Program-made: the position numbers and the translations under genes
Origin: a virus
Taxonomy: Duplodnaviria > Heunggongvirae > Uroviricota > Caudoviricetes
DNA length: 12,502 nt
Strand: one strand, 5' to 3'
IMG/VR virus record: IMGVR_UViG_2698536590_000008
Coordinates: 1-12,502 of that record
Notes under the pieces: generated by a model
The model's database searches: none
The model's input: the letters and a program-made list of their open reading frames with translations, nothing else
Told to the model about the DNA's origin: nothing
Part shown: in pieces, positions 1 through 8,723 of the stretch
Layout: every line of letters starts with the position of its first letter
Numbering within the stretch: the stretch's first letter is position 1

Positions 1-2289
1 ATTCCCGGGGCGGTTCAACATGATGCCTAGCCTTGATATGGTTTTCTTATCTGATTCTGGAAGTGAGTTGTAAAACGAGCGCCAAGCAGAAGAGCGTCTT
101 ACAGTTGTGTCAACGATGCTTTCTGGTGCTTGTTTTACTGCCAGCCTTGCTGCTTTCTGGAATTCTGGTGAGCTAATTAGCTTTTCTGCAGATTCAATTG
201 ATTCAGCGCCGCCCATCGCCCTGATTTTGCTGGCGACTTTTGCCCCAATTTCTGACCCAGCAACAGCACCTACTGCACTGAACGGTCCTGACACAGTTGA
301 ACCAACCGCAGTGCCAATGCGTTGGGCATGGTTAGCAACAAATTCATTTGCCGCAGTGACGCGATTAAACCGTTTGACGAACTCGTTTAGTCTTCCTGTA
401 GTTATCTCGTAAGATTTTGCGTCTTTGATAGCCTTTGCGACCTTATATACATCGTTCAGACCTGACATAGTCTCTTTTGGTAAATATCGGGCAAGATTGC
501 GCATCTGCCCGTTTGCTAACATGTTTTGATACCAGTCAGCAAACCCTGCAGGATTAAAATCAGCGCCACGTTTTCCGTTCGAAAGCATATCCCGAAGACC
601 TGTTCCCAGTAGCTCGGTTCTTAGCTTCCTGGACGGCGTGTTTTGCATCAATTCACGAAATCCTTTGGCATCGCCTTTCGACATTGCCTGTAGTGCTGTA
701 GTTGCTTTGCGAGAAACATCACCGTTCAGCGTTCTGCCAGTTAGATTAATCATTTGCTCTTCCATGCTTTTTCGCATCTGAACAAGCCTCTGAGCAACTT
801 CAAAATCACGTAATGCATTTGTCTCTGACAGCGCCGCCTTTTGATCATCGGCGAGCGAACCGTAAAGCCTCGATAAAGCAGCGCGATCAGCATCTTTATA
901 TGGTCCAGAATTCTTATGAAGTGCATCACCAACAAGTCGTCGTTGCTTATTGAGATTTGCATAAGTTAATGCGCCGTTCTTGCCTGGATTAACTGCCCGA
1001 AAGACTCTCTTTTCAATAGGGTCAAGGTTTTTCATCCCGCCAAGATCTTCTGCCACCTGTTTGAGCATTGACCTTGTTGATGGCGCATCAATTTTTGCAC
1101 CTGCAGGCATCGCCTTTTCAACATTGCGATAAAGCTGGTCGCTTCGTTTCATCAGCGCAGACATTCTTCCATTGACCGTATCAATAAACTTGTCGCTCAT
1201 ACCAAGAGCATCTTTTGCACCGGAAACGCGATCAATTATCTCCCCCGCGCCCTGTGCTAGCTGCCTGATTGCTTCATTTTCCTGCACCTGTAGAGCAGAA
1301 CCCGCACGGGACTTGATTGCTTGCTCAACTGCCTTGTATTGCTCGTTCCCGGAAAAGTGTGAAGGGAGTAATGAATCAACATTAAGCCTTTCAGCAGACT
1401 CCAGAACTTCAGCCTGAGGATTGATATCTAGTTCATCAAGCGATGAAGCGAGATTTGGCCTTTTTTGTGCTGCTACTGTGCGAACGACTTCCTCTGGGTT
1501 CCTCGTCGCAGGAGTTATTGGTACACCTTGTGCTACTCTTGCCTCTGCGGCATGAACCGCAGGATTTGTTGCTGCAGCGGCATCACCGGAGAATGGTGAT
1601 GTTTCTGTTGGCGCAGTGGTCGCTCTCTGTACAGATGTTTTATTGCCACTAATTATATTTGATGCACCACGAACACCACGGGTAACGCCATTTATCAGGC
1701 CATGCGTAGCAATGTTAAGTCCGGCATTAATAGCGGCATTTTCGGCAAAATCACCCCGTTGATTCGCCGCGTCAGCGAGAGAACCAATGACCATGTTTCC
1801 AGCTACACCTGCTCCAGGAACAAGATAACCGCCTATTGACTCTCCAGCTTGCGCATACGGATCCGTTGGCCGGTTAACTGGTCTATATACTTCATCAAGA
1901 ATCTTTGGTCCATCAAAACTCTGAGATGCGGCATTAATGAGACTCGCCCCCCCCTGAAGAACGTCAAAAGGAATATTTACAAATCCTCTTACCGCCTGCT
2001 CGGCAATTTGACCTACGCTTTGCCCACCTGTTAGCCATTCTCCTGCACGCTGCATAAGTGATTTGTCTTGCTGAATGGTATCAGGAGATTGCCCTACTTC
2101 CTGCTGTTCTGTCTGCATTGAAGGCAATGGATAGGCATCATAGAAAGCTTGCTTAGCCTGCTCTGCATTTTCTCCGGCTTGCGGGGCCACGACTTCATTG
2201 AAGTATTGCTCCTGAGCCTGCGCTTTTTGTTCTGGTGCTAACGCCTGATACTGTGGAGAGGCGATAACATCTTTCCATGCTTTAGCCAT
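1..2289 (-). CDS. DNA ejection/transfer protein at the P22 gp16 position; C-terminus runs off the window edge (more than 762 aa present)
   Basis: Checked codon by codon: minus-strand frame is open for all 763 codons from ATG at 2289-2287 (overlapping the upstream stop as TAATG) down to position 1, with no stop; this is why it is absent from the ORF track. N-terminus [24 protein letters not shown]. Assignment rests on position directly after the gp7-like and gp20-like genes. Longer than the roughly 600 aa I recall for P22 gp16. Confidence 0.6.
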   Translation of the reverse strand, partial: MAKAWKDVIASPQYQALAPEQKAQAQEQYFNEVVAPQAGENAEQAKQAFYDAYPLPSMQTEQQEVGQSPDTIQQDKSLMQRAGEWLTGGQSVGQIAEQAVRGFVNIPFDVLQGGASLINAASQSFDGPKILDEVYRPVNRPTDPYAQAGESIGGYLVPGAGVAGNMVIGSLADAANQRGDFAENAAINAGLNIATHGLINGVTRGVRGASNIISGNKTSVQRATTAPTETSPFSGDAAAATNPAVHAAEARVAQGVPITPATRNPEEVVRTVAAQKRPNLASSLDELDINPQAEVLESAERLNVDSLLPSHFSGNEQYKAVEQAIKSRAGSALQVQENEAIRQLAQGAGEIIDRVSGAKDALGMSDKFIDTVNGRMSALMKRSDQLYRNVEKAMPAGAKIDAPSTRSMLKQVAEDLGGMKNLDPIEKRVFRAVNPGKNGALTYANLNKQRRLVGDALHKNSGPYKDADRAALSRLYGSLADDQKAALSETNALRDFEVAQRLVQMRKSMEEQMINLTGRTLNGDVSRKATTALQAMSKGDAKGFRELMQNTPSRKLRTELLGTGLRDMLSNGKRGADFNPAGFADWYQNMLANGQMRNLARYLPKETMSGLNDVYKVAKAIKDAKSYEITTGRLNEFVKRFNRVTAANEFVANHAQRIGTAVGSTVSGPFSAVGAVAGSEIGAKVASKIRAMGGAESIESAEKLISSPEFQKAARLAVKQAPESIVDTTVRRSSAWRSFYNSLPESDKKTISRLGIMLNRPGN

Positions 2290-3584
2290 TAATCACCCCA
2301 TAGTGAAGAAAAGTTACTGCCAGCAGGAGATTGTTGTCCTGGCGTATTCTGTACTGGCTCCTGATAATCAAACTGTTTTTTAACAGTGCTCAACTTGCTT
2401 TCAAGCTGATTTCTAATCTTTCCGATAGAGTCACGAAAAGCCTTTTCACTCATTTTGGGGCTTAGGGCACCAACCGCATCGGATAATTTTTTACCCTCAG
2501 CATCTGAAAGAGCACCCATACCCTTCAGGGACTGCACCATAGGAAGGAATGTTTGAGCTTTAAAGGTGTCGAGCCTTGCTTCAAAGTTAGCCGCATCAGA
2601 GCCAGGAACTGTCGGAAACGCTGAGCGAATTCCTACTGCTTTTGAAAGGCCGGGGCTTTGCTCTATCTCGTTGAGAGAATCAAGCGCGGTGCTGAACGTA
2701 TCAACTGCACCCTGAGCGGCGGCCTGCCTGTCAGCGCGGGCTATGTCAGCCTTTTGCCGAACATCTGCCTGTTTCTGTTTTAGCTCTTCAAGCTTTAACT
2801 GATTGCTTTCTCTGGCTATCTGTCTGTCCAGAGCCTTTTCTTGTAACTCTGCTCTTTGTATTTCTCGGGAAAGAGCAGCATTCTGTGCGCTGATGTTCTG
2901 TCCACGTATCTGGATGTCCTGACCTCGAGCTGTTAGTGCTTCACCTGCCTGATTGCTGCGGATTGTCTCTGCCAGCCTGCCTCGGTCAATTTCACGACCA
3001 GCCATCTTGTCCTGAACATTGAAGTAATCAATCGGACCAAGCGCAGCCATCCCAAGGTGATCAACAAACTCACCAAATCCTGAAGGATTCTGCTGATACA
3101 TCTGAGCAACGTTATTAGGGTTAACACCGACGCGCGCCAGCTCATTGGCGTTGTTTTGCAGCCATGATTGCATTGCTTCTGGAGACGAGGCCGCAAGGCG
3201 TGCGCCAGCCGCTAAGGTGCCGATAGAATTGCGCTGGTCTTCATCAATGAATCCCATGCCTTTACGAACGGATTCAATCTGGTCTGGATATTGAGTAGCC
3301 AACTGACGCAAAGCACCGCGATCACCAGACGCATAAGCATTAGCGTATGCCTGCTGAAATTCTTTCTGCCGCTGAGCCTGCTTTTCCTGCTGAAAAACAC
3401 CCGCAATACCAGAAAGACCTTGCAAAGCAGTCAGCCCAACATTGTTAGCGCCTGAACGCTCAATATCATTGTTCTGCCTGATAAGCTGAAGCGTATTGCC
3501 GATGTCATTTACGCTCGGAGCGTTTGAGTTGACGCCGCCGATACCAGCCAACAATCCGCCATTTGATCCTTGCCAAGTAGCCAT
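2289..3584 (-). CDS. DNA ejection protein, P22 gp20-like (431 aa)
   Basis: ORF track 431 aa; Gln/Ala-rich with a long charged coiled-coil-like middle segment; position between gp7-like and gp16-position genes as in P22; SD-like AAGGGG upstream of the ATG; stop overlaps downstream start. Confidence 0.65.
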   Translation of the reverse strand: MATWQGSNGGLLAGIGGVNSNAPSVNDIGNTLQLIRQNNDIERSGANNVGLTALQGLSGIAGVFQQEKQAQRQKEFQQAYANAYASGDRGALRQLATQYPDQIESVRKGMGFIDEDQRNSIGTLAAGARLAASSPEAMQSWLQNNANELARVGVNPNNVAQMYQQNPSGFGEFVDHLGMAALGPIDYFNVQDKMAGREIDRGRLAETIRSNQAGEALTARGQDIQIRGQNISAQNAALSREIQRAELQEKALDRQIARESNQLKLEELKQKQADVRQKADIARADRQAAAQGAVDTFSTALDSLNEIEQSPGLSKAVGIRSAFPTVPGSDAANFEARLDTFKAQTFLPMVQSLKGMGALSDAEGKKLSDAVGALSPKMSEKAFRDSIGKIRNQLESKLSTVKKQFDYQEPVQNTPGQQSPAGSNFSSLWGD

Positions 3585-3593
3585 GATTACCCC

Positions 3594-4286
3594 TTAAAAC
3601 AGTGAACCAAGCAGACCAAGACCAGCACCGATACCAGCACCCCACGGAGTTGATAGCTCGAGAGCACTGGCTATGCCACCACCCAAAAGCGCACCGGATG
3701 CAGCACCACTAACACCCTGCTGCAATGCTGACGGTCGGTTGGCATTTGCCGCCGCCAGCGCCGCGCTTTGCTGTGAAATCTGACTCATGTTGTTGGCATA
3801 TGTCTGCCCCGCGTTTGCCTGACCTTGCAGTGCGCCAAGCCCAACGTTTGCCAGATTGTTGTAATTGCTCATCTGATTTGATAACCAAGACTGACCGAGT
3901 GTCGGCGCGATCGTAGCCAGTTGATTGCTTGTAGCTGTCGAACCAAGTCCACCCGTCGCCTCCGCAGCAGCAAGACTCTGGTAACGCGCCTGATCTGCAA
4001 GGTCTTTATACTGCTGAGAGTTGTAATACTGATTAAGTGCCTGCCCCTGACCTTCTAAACTGGAAAGATTCTGCAACTGGTTAACATACTGCTCCGCAAG
4101 AGGCGTGAACGGAGCAAGGTTTTTCATGATCGTCTGCCACTGCTGATTTTGCAGGTCTGCTGCATACTTCTGAGCTTCTGCGGCATACTTTGCGCTTTTA
4201 TCAGAACTGCCGCCTTTCCCACCCTTTTCAGGGCAATAAGGTTCCTCGCCGCGCAGTTTTCTGCCCAGCGTAAATGCATATAACAT
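3594..4286 (-). CDS. DNA ejection protein, P22 gp7-like (230 aa)
   Basis: ORF track 230 aa; size matches P22 gp7 (about 229 aa); low-complexity Q/N/A/G-rich sequence with a Gly-rich hydrophobic C-terminus; canonical position between gp14-like and gp20-like genes. Confidence 0.65.
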   Translation of the reverse strand: MLYAFTLGRKLRGEEPYCPEKGGKGGSSDKSAKYAAEAQKYAADLQNQQWQTIMKNLAPFTPLAEQYVNQLQNLSSLEGQGQALNQYYNSQQYKDLADQARYQSLAAAEATGGLGSTATSNQLATIAPTLGQSWLSNQMSNYNNLANVGLGALQGQANAGQTYANNMSQISQQSAALAAANANRPSALQQGVSGAASGALLGGGIASALELSTPWGAGIGAGLGLLGSLF

Positions 4287-4288
4287 GG

Positions 4289-4744
4289 CTATCTCCCGTG
4301 ATTCAGGAAGTCGATTAGTTCTTCGCGTGTGGCGCTGTAAAACGTCACGTCATCCACGCCTTTGAAGTATTTCTTGATGGTTCCTACACGCTTAAGGCCA
4401 ATCATTGCGCAGTACATCTGCCCGTGGCGGAATTTGCGTGCAGCGAACGATGTGACGCACTGAACGGTGGTGTTAGTCAGAATGTATCGCCAGAACGCCA
4501 GACCGATTTCCTTGCTGAATCCACGAACCTCTGGCAGGTACATGGCGTGGCAATCGAATGTCAGCGGCTGAATCTCCTGATAGTAAACAATGCCGCCGAA
4601 CTGCCCGTGCACGTTCACCTCAAAGTAACGGCAATCAGGTTTGTAGTCGTATCCATCACCGTTGTTGCTCCCGGCAATAATGTCAGGGTGATTTCCGACT
4701 GCTTCGATCAGGTCGATGTTTCGCGTTGGTTTGAACTGAATCAT
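4289..4744 (-). CDS. P22 gene 14-position protein (151 aa), function uncertain
   Basis: ORF track 151 aa; start ATG overlaps the stop of the needle gene (TAATG at 4742-4746); called by position between tail needle and gp7-like gene. Confidence 0.5.
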   Translation of the reverse strand: MIQFKPTRNIDLIEAVGNHPDIIAGSNNGDGYDYKPDCRYFEVNVHGQFGGIVYYQEIQPLTFDCHAMYLPEVRGFSKEIGLAFWRYILTNTTVQCVTSFAARKFRHGQMYCAMIGLKRVGTIKKYFKGVDDVTFYSATREELIDFLNHGR

Positions 4745-5592
4745 TACTGCTCCGCGATTATCTTGATGGTTGTGGCAGTAAAAGCCGCACCATTAGACTG
4801 AATGGTTAACGTACTGCCATTTGTGGCAAGAAAGCCGTCTTTATCCACGCTGAAGAACGTAGCTAACAGGATGTTGTCGGTTGTTGTCGCCGAGTTACGA
4901 CTGCTTACCAGAGTGTCAGGAACAGATCCGGAAAAGGTTAGCTGCATTGACCTGTTGGCGGTTCCGCTGGGCCACGTCCCGACGATCGACAGCTTGAAGA
5001 ACAGGGTTTTGTTCTCGTTGAACACAACCATCTTGTTGTTAACGGTGTCGAAGAATGGTGCCAACGTGCCGGATGACGGCGTGAGCGTTTTCAGCAGGCT
5101 AACAAGGTTGGTCGGCGCTGTCGGGATGGTTACAGATACGCCAGAGTAAACAACCTCTGACTTTTTGCGAGTAGTGGCATACTCCAGAGCATCGATGCGC
5201 GTTTCATGGTCTGAAACCTGCGATTCCAGCGACTGAACTCTGGTATCAAGCGAGGCAATATCGCTTTCATTCTGAGCTATTCGTGTTTCATGTTCCTGAA
5301 GAGTTGATTCTGCCTGGCTGATTCGCTCCTCATGATTAACAAGCGTTGCTTCCGCAGCAGAAATTCGCTGCTCATGGTCAGCGAGAATCACATCCTGCTC
5401 ATCGTTCCTGACCTGTGCATCATAAGCGCCCTGTCCGGCCTCGTTGGCCTTGTTAGCCACGTTACCAACATCAGTGCCCTGTGCGATAACGTAAAGCAGA
5501 TACGACTGCGAGAAGATATTGCGTGGAAGGACTGATGTGTCGAGCCGTGTAGCCTGAATGATTACCGGCACATTGAGATTAGAATCCGCCAT
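4744..5592 (-). CDS. Tail needle protein, P22 gp26-like with Sf6-type C-terminal knob (282 aa)
   Basis: N-terminus [43 protein letters not shown]...NDEQDV..ADHE closely matches the P22 gp26 N-terminus as I recall it; followed by heptad-like coiled-coil repeats (HEQRIS, HEERIS, HETRIA, HETRID); 282 aa with a non-P22 C-terminal domain, as in Sf6/HK620-type needles. Confidence 0.8.
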   Translation of the reverse strand: MADSNLNVPVIIQATRLDTSVLPRNIFSQSYLLYVIAQGTDVGNVANKANEAGQGAYDAQVRNDEQDVILADHEQRISAAEATLVNHEERISQAESTLQEHETRIAQNESDIASLDTRVQSLESQVSDHETRIDALEYATTRKKSEVVYSGVSVTIPTAPTNLVSLLKTLTPSSGTLAPFFDTVNNKMVVFNENKTLFFKLSIVGTWPSGTANRSMQLTFSGSVPDTLVSSRNSATTTDNILLATFFSVDKDGFLATNGSTLTIQSNGAAFTATTIKIIAEQ

Positions 5593-7022
5593 TACTCAAT
5601 CCTTATCTGAGCACCAGACAGAGTGACAGGTGACTTCGTGATAACGCGCAATTTGAAGCCGACATTTTTCCTGATGCGCCCTACTCGCTTCCACAAAACG
5701 CGTTTGTCGTAAACGAACGGTTCATTCTGCTCAATCATCTGCTCACGCCCGTAATTTATGCCGTCAGTGGTTGCAGAGAGAAAAAGGCGGTCAGCATACT
5801 GCGCAACTCCAGTTGACGATTCAACTTCAAGGTCGAAAACTCTGGCGTTATCCGCTTTGAACAGAGGAGTAAACAGCAGATGTTCCTGTTGCTTGTCGTA
5901 CTGGCTGCTGATGTCGAATTGCAATTTCCCGGTCACCGATTCCAGTTTGTCGCCGCACGTTATCTGATTTCCTTCGTAAATGAAGTCGATAGCGCGGTAC
6001 ACATCGTCATACAGGCCTGTTTTCAACACACACCATTGCGGACCATTGGCGCTTGAAGATGCGTCGTACACGAGAACATGGCGCGGAAGGTGGATAATCA
6101 GCAACTCATGAGCATCAAATCGCAGCGATTCCATCACACCATCAGCCAGTTCATCAGCAGTGTAGGAGCGGAGGATTTTCTCAATGCTCGCGCTGGCGAT
6201 TGGTGACACCTGACCGGAGCCGATGATGTATACAGACGGCGCACCTGTTGCCGGATTGCTGATGAACGCATACGAGTCAGCAAACGGCGTTTTGCAGTAA
6301 GTCCCGGCAATGCCTTTCTGCACCATCAGCGATGGCTGTGCGACATACAGAGCAGCCCCAACAGTGGTTGCACCAGTCAGGGAGAAATATTCAATCGTCG
6401 ACGAACCAAAGCAGACTATGAAGTCTCGCCATGTACCTATGCCGATGATGCCGTCAGGCTGCGACTCTGCACGATATTGTGCGCTGTATCGGTCAGGATG
6501 CGATTCGTCTTCAAGGTCAGTGATAAACCATGAATCAGTTCCGTCTTTTGACCACGCATAACGCCCACGTAAGCGCGTAATGTCGCGAACCGAACCTAAC
6601 TCATACTGCGTAAATCCGCTGTCTGTAGGCCAGTTTGAGACGGTTTTAACCGTGCCATCATAGCGATACTCAACCAGTTGACCATTAACGCCTACAGCCT
6701 GAGATGTTCGACCATGCGCCATTGATACGCGACCACTTCCGGCGACGTCACCGACTTCGCTTTCGCCTTTGTAGAGCTTGCCGCCACACACACGATAGAC
6801 AGCATTCTGCGCCATGTTGTACTCGACGCCGCGCGATACACCGTTCACATCAGAGCGTTTGGCAATGCCCGGGAATGAGCGAAGATATCCGCTGCTGTTC
6901 AGGATTTCTTTGGGGGTTGCCAACATATTCACTGGCAGATAGTCGATATAGTCGGCGTTTCGAAAGTCTTTGCCGACACCTTTCATAAGCGGAAGTTGCT
7001 GAAGAGGAAGAGTGTAGAGCAA
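5592..7022 (-). CDS. Tail hub / head-completion protein, P22 gp10-like (476 aa)
   Basis: ORF track 476 aa; [40 protein letters not shown] and length match P22 gene 10 product as recalled. Start is TTG at 7022, the first start codon after the in-frame TAA at 7071-7073; the first ATG is at 6986-6984. Stop overlaps the needle gene start. Confidence 0.8.
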   Translation of the reverse strand: MLYTLPLQQLPLMKGVGKDFRNADYIDYLPVNMLATPKEILNSSGYLRSFPGIAKRSDVNGVSRGVEYNMAQNAVYRVCGGKLYKGESEVGDVAGSGRVSMAHGRTSQAVGVNGQLVEYRYDGTVKTVSNWPTDSGFTQYELGSVRDITRLRGRYAWSKDGTDSWFITDLEDESHPDRYSAQYRAESQPDGIIGIGTWRDFIVCFGSSTIEYFSLTGATTVGAALYVAQPSLMVQKGIAGTYCKTPFADSYAFISNPATGAPSVYIIGSGQVSPIASASIEKILRSYTADELADGVMESLRFDAHELLIIHLPRHVLVYDASSSANGPQWCVLKTGLYDDVYRAIDFIYEGNQITCGDKLESVTGKLQFDISSQYDKQQEHLLFTPLFKADNARVFDLEVESSTGVAQYADRLFLSATTDGINYGREQMIEQNEPFVYDKRVLWKRVGRIRKNVGFKLRVITKSPVTLSGAQIRIE

Positions 7023-7042
7023 AGGATAAAGCTCACCGGAAA

Positions 7043-7162
7043 GAAGTAAATAACAAAATACTTGCTGACCTTATCAAGGTTGGCGCATCAGAAGATGTTG
7101 CTAAAAATATCATAACAGCCATCGTAAAAGGCGAAGTATTCGCAACAAAAATAACCTACTAA
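7043..7162 (+). pseudogene. Start-less C-terminal coding fragment (...NKILADLIKVGASEDVAKNIITAIVKGEVFATKITY*) upstream of cIII
   Basis: Plus-strand frame is open from 6989 to TAA at 7160-7162 with no ATG/GTG/TTG in frame; its 5' part overlaps the gp10 start region. Consistent with the 3' remnant of a gene truncated at a deletion or rearrangement junction. Left boundary approximate. Confidence 0.35.
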
Positions 7163-7186
7163 TAAAACCAACATAAGGAACCACCC

Positions 7187-7318
7187 ATGATTTACGCAAT
7201 CGCGGGAGGCGCTCGCATGGGTGCCTTCCAATTAAATGAATCTTTACTTGAACGAATCACCCGTAAATTACGTGACGGATGGAAAAGAGTTGAGGTCTTA
7301 TTATGCGCAATGAAATAG
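7187..7318 (+). CDS. cIII: CIII-like protein (43 aa)
   Basis: ATG at 7187 with AAGGA SD 7 nt upstream; translation MIYAIAGGARMGAFQLNESLLERITRKLRDGWKRVEVLLCAMK contains the ESLLERITRKLRDGWKR core I recall from lambda CIII; below the ORF-track size cutoff. Confidence 0.7.
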   Translation: MIYAIAGGARMGAFQLNESLLERITRKLRDGWKRVEVLLCAMK

Positions 7319-7455
7319 CCATCAATCACCAGATGCTTCGTGCTGCACAGAACAAAGCAGTAATAGCCCGATTTATTGGTGATTCAAAAATGTGGCTTGA
7401 AGCAAATAAAGCGATGAAATCAGCTATCAACCTTCCGTGGTATCGCAGGAAATGA
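7303..7455 (+). CDS. kil: Kil-like host division inhibitor (50 aa)
   Basis: ATG at 7303 with GAGG SD 6 nt upstream, overlapping the cIII 3' end; MRNEIAINHQMLRAAQNKAVIARFIGDSKMWLEANKAMKSAINLPWYRRK resembles the IATFIGDEKMF segment I recall from lambda Kil; position cIII-kil-recombinase matches the lambdoid PL operon. Confidence 0.55.
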   Translation: MRNEIAINHQMLRAAQNKAVIARFIGDSKMWLEANKAMKSAINLPWYRRK

Positions 7456-7530
7456 GTTTTACAGATAACTGGTCAGACGAAGAATTCATTCGTCAGATGA
7501 AAGAATTAATCGGTAACGAAGGAGATATTC

Positions 7531-7701
7531 ATGTCACTTGCAACCACAGTGAAGGAGAGCAAGTTACAGAGACGCATGTACACGCAGCAGGCGTTAATGT
7601 ATCGCCAGAAGGGAGATCGTGAAGGTGTTCGCGTATTTTTAAATGCGGCAAAGACTGAAGTATTAAATCAGCGTTATTTCCTTGGGCCATGTCCATTCTG
7701 A
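7531..7701 (+). CDS. Small early protein at the arf position between kil and erf (56 aa)
   Basis: ATG at 7531 preceded by a strong GAAGGAG SD at 6 nt spacing; ends 10 nt before the erf ATG. Competes with an overlapping alternative frame at 7452-7622 (see rejected list). Confidence 0.35.
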   Translation: MSLATTVKESKLQRRMYTQQALMYRQKGDREGVRVFLNAAKTEVLNQRYFLGPCPF

Positions 7702-7711
7702 GAACAAACAT

Positions 7712-8317
7712 ATGAGCAAAGAATTTTACGCAAGACTGGCAGCTATTCAGGAGAACTTGAACGCGCCAAAGAATCAGTACAACTCATTCGGCAAATATAA
7801 ATACAGAAGCTGCGAAGACATTCTTGAAGGCGTTAAGCCGTTACTGAATGGTCTGTTTTTATCAATCAGCGATGAAGTTGTGTTGATTGGTGATCGGTAT
7901 TACGTGAAAGCCACGGCAACTATTACCGATGGCGAAAACAGTCATACGGCAACCGCTCTTGCACGAGAGGAAGAAAGCAAGAAAGGAATGGATTCTGCAC
8001 AAGTTACGGGAGCTACAAGCTCTTATGCACGCAAGTATTGCCTCAATGGTTTGTTCGGCATTGATGATGCGAAAGATGCAGATACAGACGAGCATAAACA
8101 TCAGCAGAACGCAGCAGCAAAGCAATCAAAACCATCACCTACACCTGAACAGGTTCTAAAAGCATTCACTGACGCAGCAATGCAGAAAAACACCGTGGAA
8201 GAGCTTAAACAGGCGTTCGCCAAAGCGTGGAAGATGCTCGAAGGCACACCGGAGCAGCACAAAGCGCAGGACGTTTACAACATCAGACGAGACGAATTAG
8301 AAGGAGCGGCTGCTTAA
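7712..8317 (+). CDS. erf: Erf single-strand annealing recombinase (201 aa)
   Basis: ORF-track protein from internal ATG 7712: MSKEFYARLAAIQENLNAPKNQYNSFGKYKYRSCEDILEGVKPLL...ATITDGENSH...SSYARKYCLNGLFGIDDAKD matches P22 Erf as I recall it. The track's upstream extension (TTG 7682) is unlikely to be the start. Confidence 0.8.
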   Translation: MSKEFYARLAAIQENLNAPKNQYNSFGKYKYRSCEDILEGVKPLLNGLFLSISDEVVLIGDRYYVKATATITDGENSHTATALAREEESKKGMDSAQVTGATSSYARKYCLNGLFGIDDAKDADTDEHKHQQNAAAKQSKPSPTPEQVLKAFTDAAMQKNTVEELKQAFAKAWKMLEGTPEQHKAQDVYNIRRDELEGAAA

Positions 8318-8700
8318 TGGCACATTCGATTACTGTAAGACTAAACAAGCCCGCAAGAGAGTTTCAGGCCGGGGAAAATATCGGATTCAACATCCGTGCT
8401 GGCGTTCAGTATTACGATCGCCAGACAAAAAAGAAAGAATGGACAAACTACAGCGCCGTTGTATTTGCCAAGCCGGGAGCGCAAGCGGATTACTACCGTA
8501 GTGTTCTTGTTGAAGGTGGCATTGTGGAAATTACCGGAGAAAACATCAGGGTTGATGTTTATCAGGGGCAAAATGGTCAATCAATCACTCTTGAATTACT
8601 GAATGCAAAGATTGGATTTGCAACTTCAGGAAACAGCCAACAGCAGCAAAGTAGCAATCATCAAAATCATCCTGAATACGACGATTCAATCCCCTTCTAA
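8317..8700 (+). CDS. Single-stranded DNA-binding protein-like (127 aa)
   Basis: ATG at 8317 overlaps the erf stop (TAATG) with AAGGAG SD 10 nt upstream; OB-fold-like core (WTNYSAVVFAKPGAQADYYRSVLVEGGIVEITGENIRVDVYQGQNGQSITLEL), a Gln-rich linker and the acidic tip DDSIPF typical of bacterial SSB C-termini (compare DDDIPF). Confidence 0.65.
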   Translation: MAHSITVRLNKPAREFQAGENIGFNIRAGVQYYDRQTKKKEWTNYSAVVFAKPGAQADYYRSVLVEGGIVEITGENIRVDVYQGQNGQSITLELLNAKIGFATSGNSQQQQSSNHQNHPEYDDSIPF

Positions 8701-8723
8701 AGTAGCAACATAAGGATTCCATT

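Noticed and set aside
107-2034. Plus-strand track ORFs 107-412, 1172-1417, 1443-1652, 1849-2034 and minus ORF 750-962
   Set aside because: All lie inside the continuous 763-codon minus-strand ejection-protein frame (1-2289), in other frames or antisense; no RBS or recognisable protein features. Treated as spurious.
5200-5420. Apparent periodic repetition in the needle gene, considered as a possible DNA tandem repeat
   Set aside because: The periodicity reflects heptad coiled-coil repeats at the protein level (HEQRIS, HEERIS, HETRIA, HETRID); the nucleotide units are not identical tandem copies.
2933-6988. Nested or antisense ORFs within the tail genes (2933-3196, 3212-3406, 3725-3916, 4424-4801, 4802-5149, 5332-5535, 5758-5967, 6310-6561, 6704-6988)
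   Set aside because: Each is fully embedded in a longer, family-recognisable virion gene on the opposite strand or in another frame; several are Arg/Cys-rich, as is typical of antisense translation. Not called.
7023-7186. Possible sigma70 promoters in the divergent junction between the gp10 start and cIII
   Set aside because: Best hexamers (for example TTGCTA at 7098-7103, CTGACC at 7065-7070) lack a matching -10 element at 16-18 bp spacing; too weak to call without a scoring tool.
7452-7622. Alternative arf-position ORF from ATG 7452 (track ORF 7437-7622 with GTG start)
   Set aside because: Overlaps the better-initiated 7531-7701 ORF in a different frame; its SD (AGGA) sits only 1 nt from the ATG and it leaves an 89-nt untranslated gap before erf. 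Kept only as an alternative in findings.
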